A stretch of DNA of 63,991 nt, filler included, from Ionaspis alba (lineage: Eukaryota), in NCBI GenBank assembly GCA_964255285.1. It is 13 parts of 13 records of this genome, joined end to end, with 100 filler letters (N's around TTAATTAATTAA, not from the genome) between each part and the next. Parts side by side here need not be neighbours in the genome. Positions count along the whole stretch, not along the records: positions 61,057 to 63,991 come from CAXUUL010001246.1; 12 more parts are not named here. One strand, written 5' to 3'. The stretch's first letter is position 1; each line of letters opens with the position of its first letter. The notes under the pieces are model-generated. The model was not told where the DNA came from. It made no database searches and saw only the letters and a program-made list of their open reading frames with translations. Positions 62,450 to 63,991 of the stretch are shown piece by piece. The position numbers and the translations under genes are program-made.

Positions 62450-63991
62450 ATGGAGAAAAAAGACTTCCTCGATTCCCGACGTCCCATCGTCAACGTCGCC
62501 GAAGTCGATGCCGCTCTCGTCTATCTCAAAAATGAAGGCACGGCTGTGATGACCGAGATGGATGAGAAGAAGCTGGTGCGGAAGATCGATTGGATGATTG
62601 TGCCGTTGATGTGGTGTTGTTATACGTTGCAGTATTTGGATAAGACGTTGATTAATTATGCTGCTGTGAGTATGATGGGGCCAGGAATGTGAGGAGGTAA
62701 TTGATTAGGGATCTGATATATGGCAGGTCATGGGTCTTTTTGAAGATGCTCATATCAATACTAGCCAGTTCTCGTTGCTGGCTCTGGTCTTTTATATCAC
62801 GTACTTGGCTTTTGAGACGCCAACAGGGTATCTGATGCAGAGGTTGCCTACGGCGAAGTATTTGGGGTTTAATGGTACGGGTACTTCATATTTGTTTGAC
62901 ATTTGAAGCTTACCTTGGCTAGTAATATTCTGGGGCGTCTGTGTTGCGACCAACTCTGCCTGCAAGAATTTCGGATCTCTGGTTGCTGTCAGAGTGCTCC
63001 TCGGCTGCTTCGAGTCGGCGGTGGCACCAGCGTAAGTTCTGTGCATGAAGATCGTCTTTTTGGTTGACACTAGAGATAGTCTGATTATCATCACGGCAAT
63101 GTGGTACAAGAAGAATGGTATGCCCGTATCTACGCGTTTTCCTTCTCCATACTCACACCATCTCAAGAACAACCCCTCCGAATCGGCCTCTGGTTCATCG
63201 GCATCGGAGTTGGCAACATCATCGGTGCCCTCGCCTCCTTTGGCTTCCAATTCTACACTCCCAAAGCCTTCACGTCCTGGCAGATTCTTTTCCTGATCAT
63301 GGGTCTTATCACTATCTGCGTCGGTATTATCGTGGTCTTTCTCTTACCAGACAACCCGATGACATCTCGGCTTACGCACGAGGAGAAGATCTGGGCCATT
63401 GAGAGACTTCGAGAGAACCATACAGGAATCGAAAACAAGCATTTCAAGATCAGGCAGGCTATTGAATGTCTCAAGGATCCGCATACTTGGATGCTGATAC
63501 TCATTACGACTACGGCAAATGTGCCAGGTGGTGCTATCGGGAGTTATCAAGCCACTATCATCAAAGGGTGGGCTAGCTGACTTGGGTTCATTTACCCTAG
63601 CCTCAGGCTAATCTCGCCGCAGTTTTGGCTACAACTCCAAACAAACAGCCCTCCTCTCCATCCCCTCCGGCGCTGTCGCCATCGTCGCCGTCATCTTCGC
63701 CACTTTCTGCGCAGGCCGCTACAACCAACGAGCCCTGAGCATCATGACCCTGCTCGGGTTCGGCTGTCTCGGCGGTGCTCTTATGGCATTCTTGCCCAAG
63801 GACAACAAAGCCGGAAAACTGGTACTGCCTTTTCCCATTCTTCTCTCCACCTTCAGCCCAAAGCCTTAGCTAATCGCTCCTCAGATCGGCACCTACCTCA
63901 CCAACACCATCGGTGCTGCTCTCCCCCTCCTCTACTCCTGGGTCAGCGCCAACTACGCCGGTCACACGAAGAAAATCACTATGAATGCTAT
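62450..63991 (+). CDS. MFS transporter, allantoate permease (Dal5/ACS) family, multi-exon, 3' truncated
   Basis: EKKLVRKIDWMIVPLM..LQYLDK, LMQRLPTAKY, RVLLGCFES, MWYKKNE/QPLRIGLW, LPDNP, NYAGHTKKIT. Confidence 0.95.

Noticed and set aside
376..63991. One large cluster uniting GGPPS/P450 with the methyltransferase, SDR, TF and MFS
   Set aside because: These genes sit on different length-sorted scaffolds, so the co-occurrence is artificial.
1..63991. tRNA/rRNA genes, CRISPR arrays, intact transposons
   Set aside because: No cloverleaf, rRNA, repeat-spacer array, transposase or RT motifs recognised by eye; a covariance-model scan would be needed to exclude small ncRNAs.

Overview
Eukaryotic DNA from a filamentous ascomycete (Pezizomycotina): short GT-AG introns with CTRAY branch sites and typical fungal gene families. 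The window is not one locus. It is 13 scaffolds joined by an artificial 100-nt linker (N44-TTAATTAATTAA-N44) and sorted by decreasing length (5006, 5005, 5004, 5002, 4999, 4998, 4994, 4982, 4975, 4970, 4965, 4956 nt, then a truncated last piece), so adjacency is meaningful only within each ~5 kb piece. Most pieces carry ordinary fungal genes: TLC protein, stomatin, mitochondrial SerRS, BTB protein, acyl-CoA thioesterase, RUS1, RGS, UTP18, PPR, SAM-HMG factor, CitE-like lyase, CE4, GH55, Zn2Cys6 factor with an SDR, and an MFS permease. Four things stand out. (1) A spliced 367-aa class I methyltransferase whose motif order matches plant MMT / bacterial MmtN methionine S-methyltransferases. (2) A tandem array of five co-oriented, apparently intronless orphan genes sharing an F..xR....SW..I...I..D[LF]GC motif. 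(3) A GGPP synthase + IdtA/PaxA-like + P450 terpenoid cluster fragment. (4) Recurrent sharp C/A-rich to G/T-rich skew switches inside genes. Family assignments rest on recognised motifs, not database searches.
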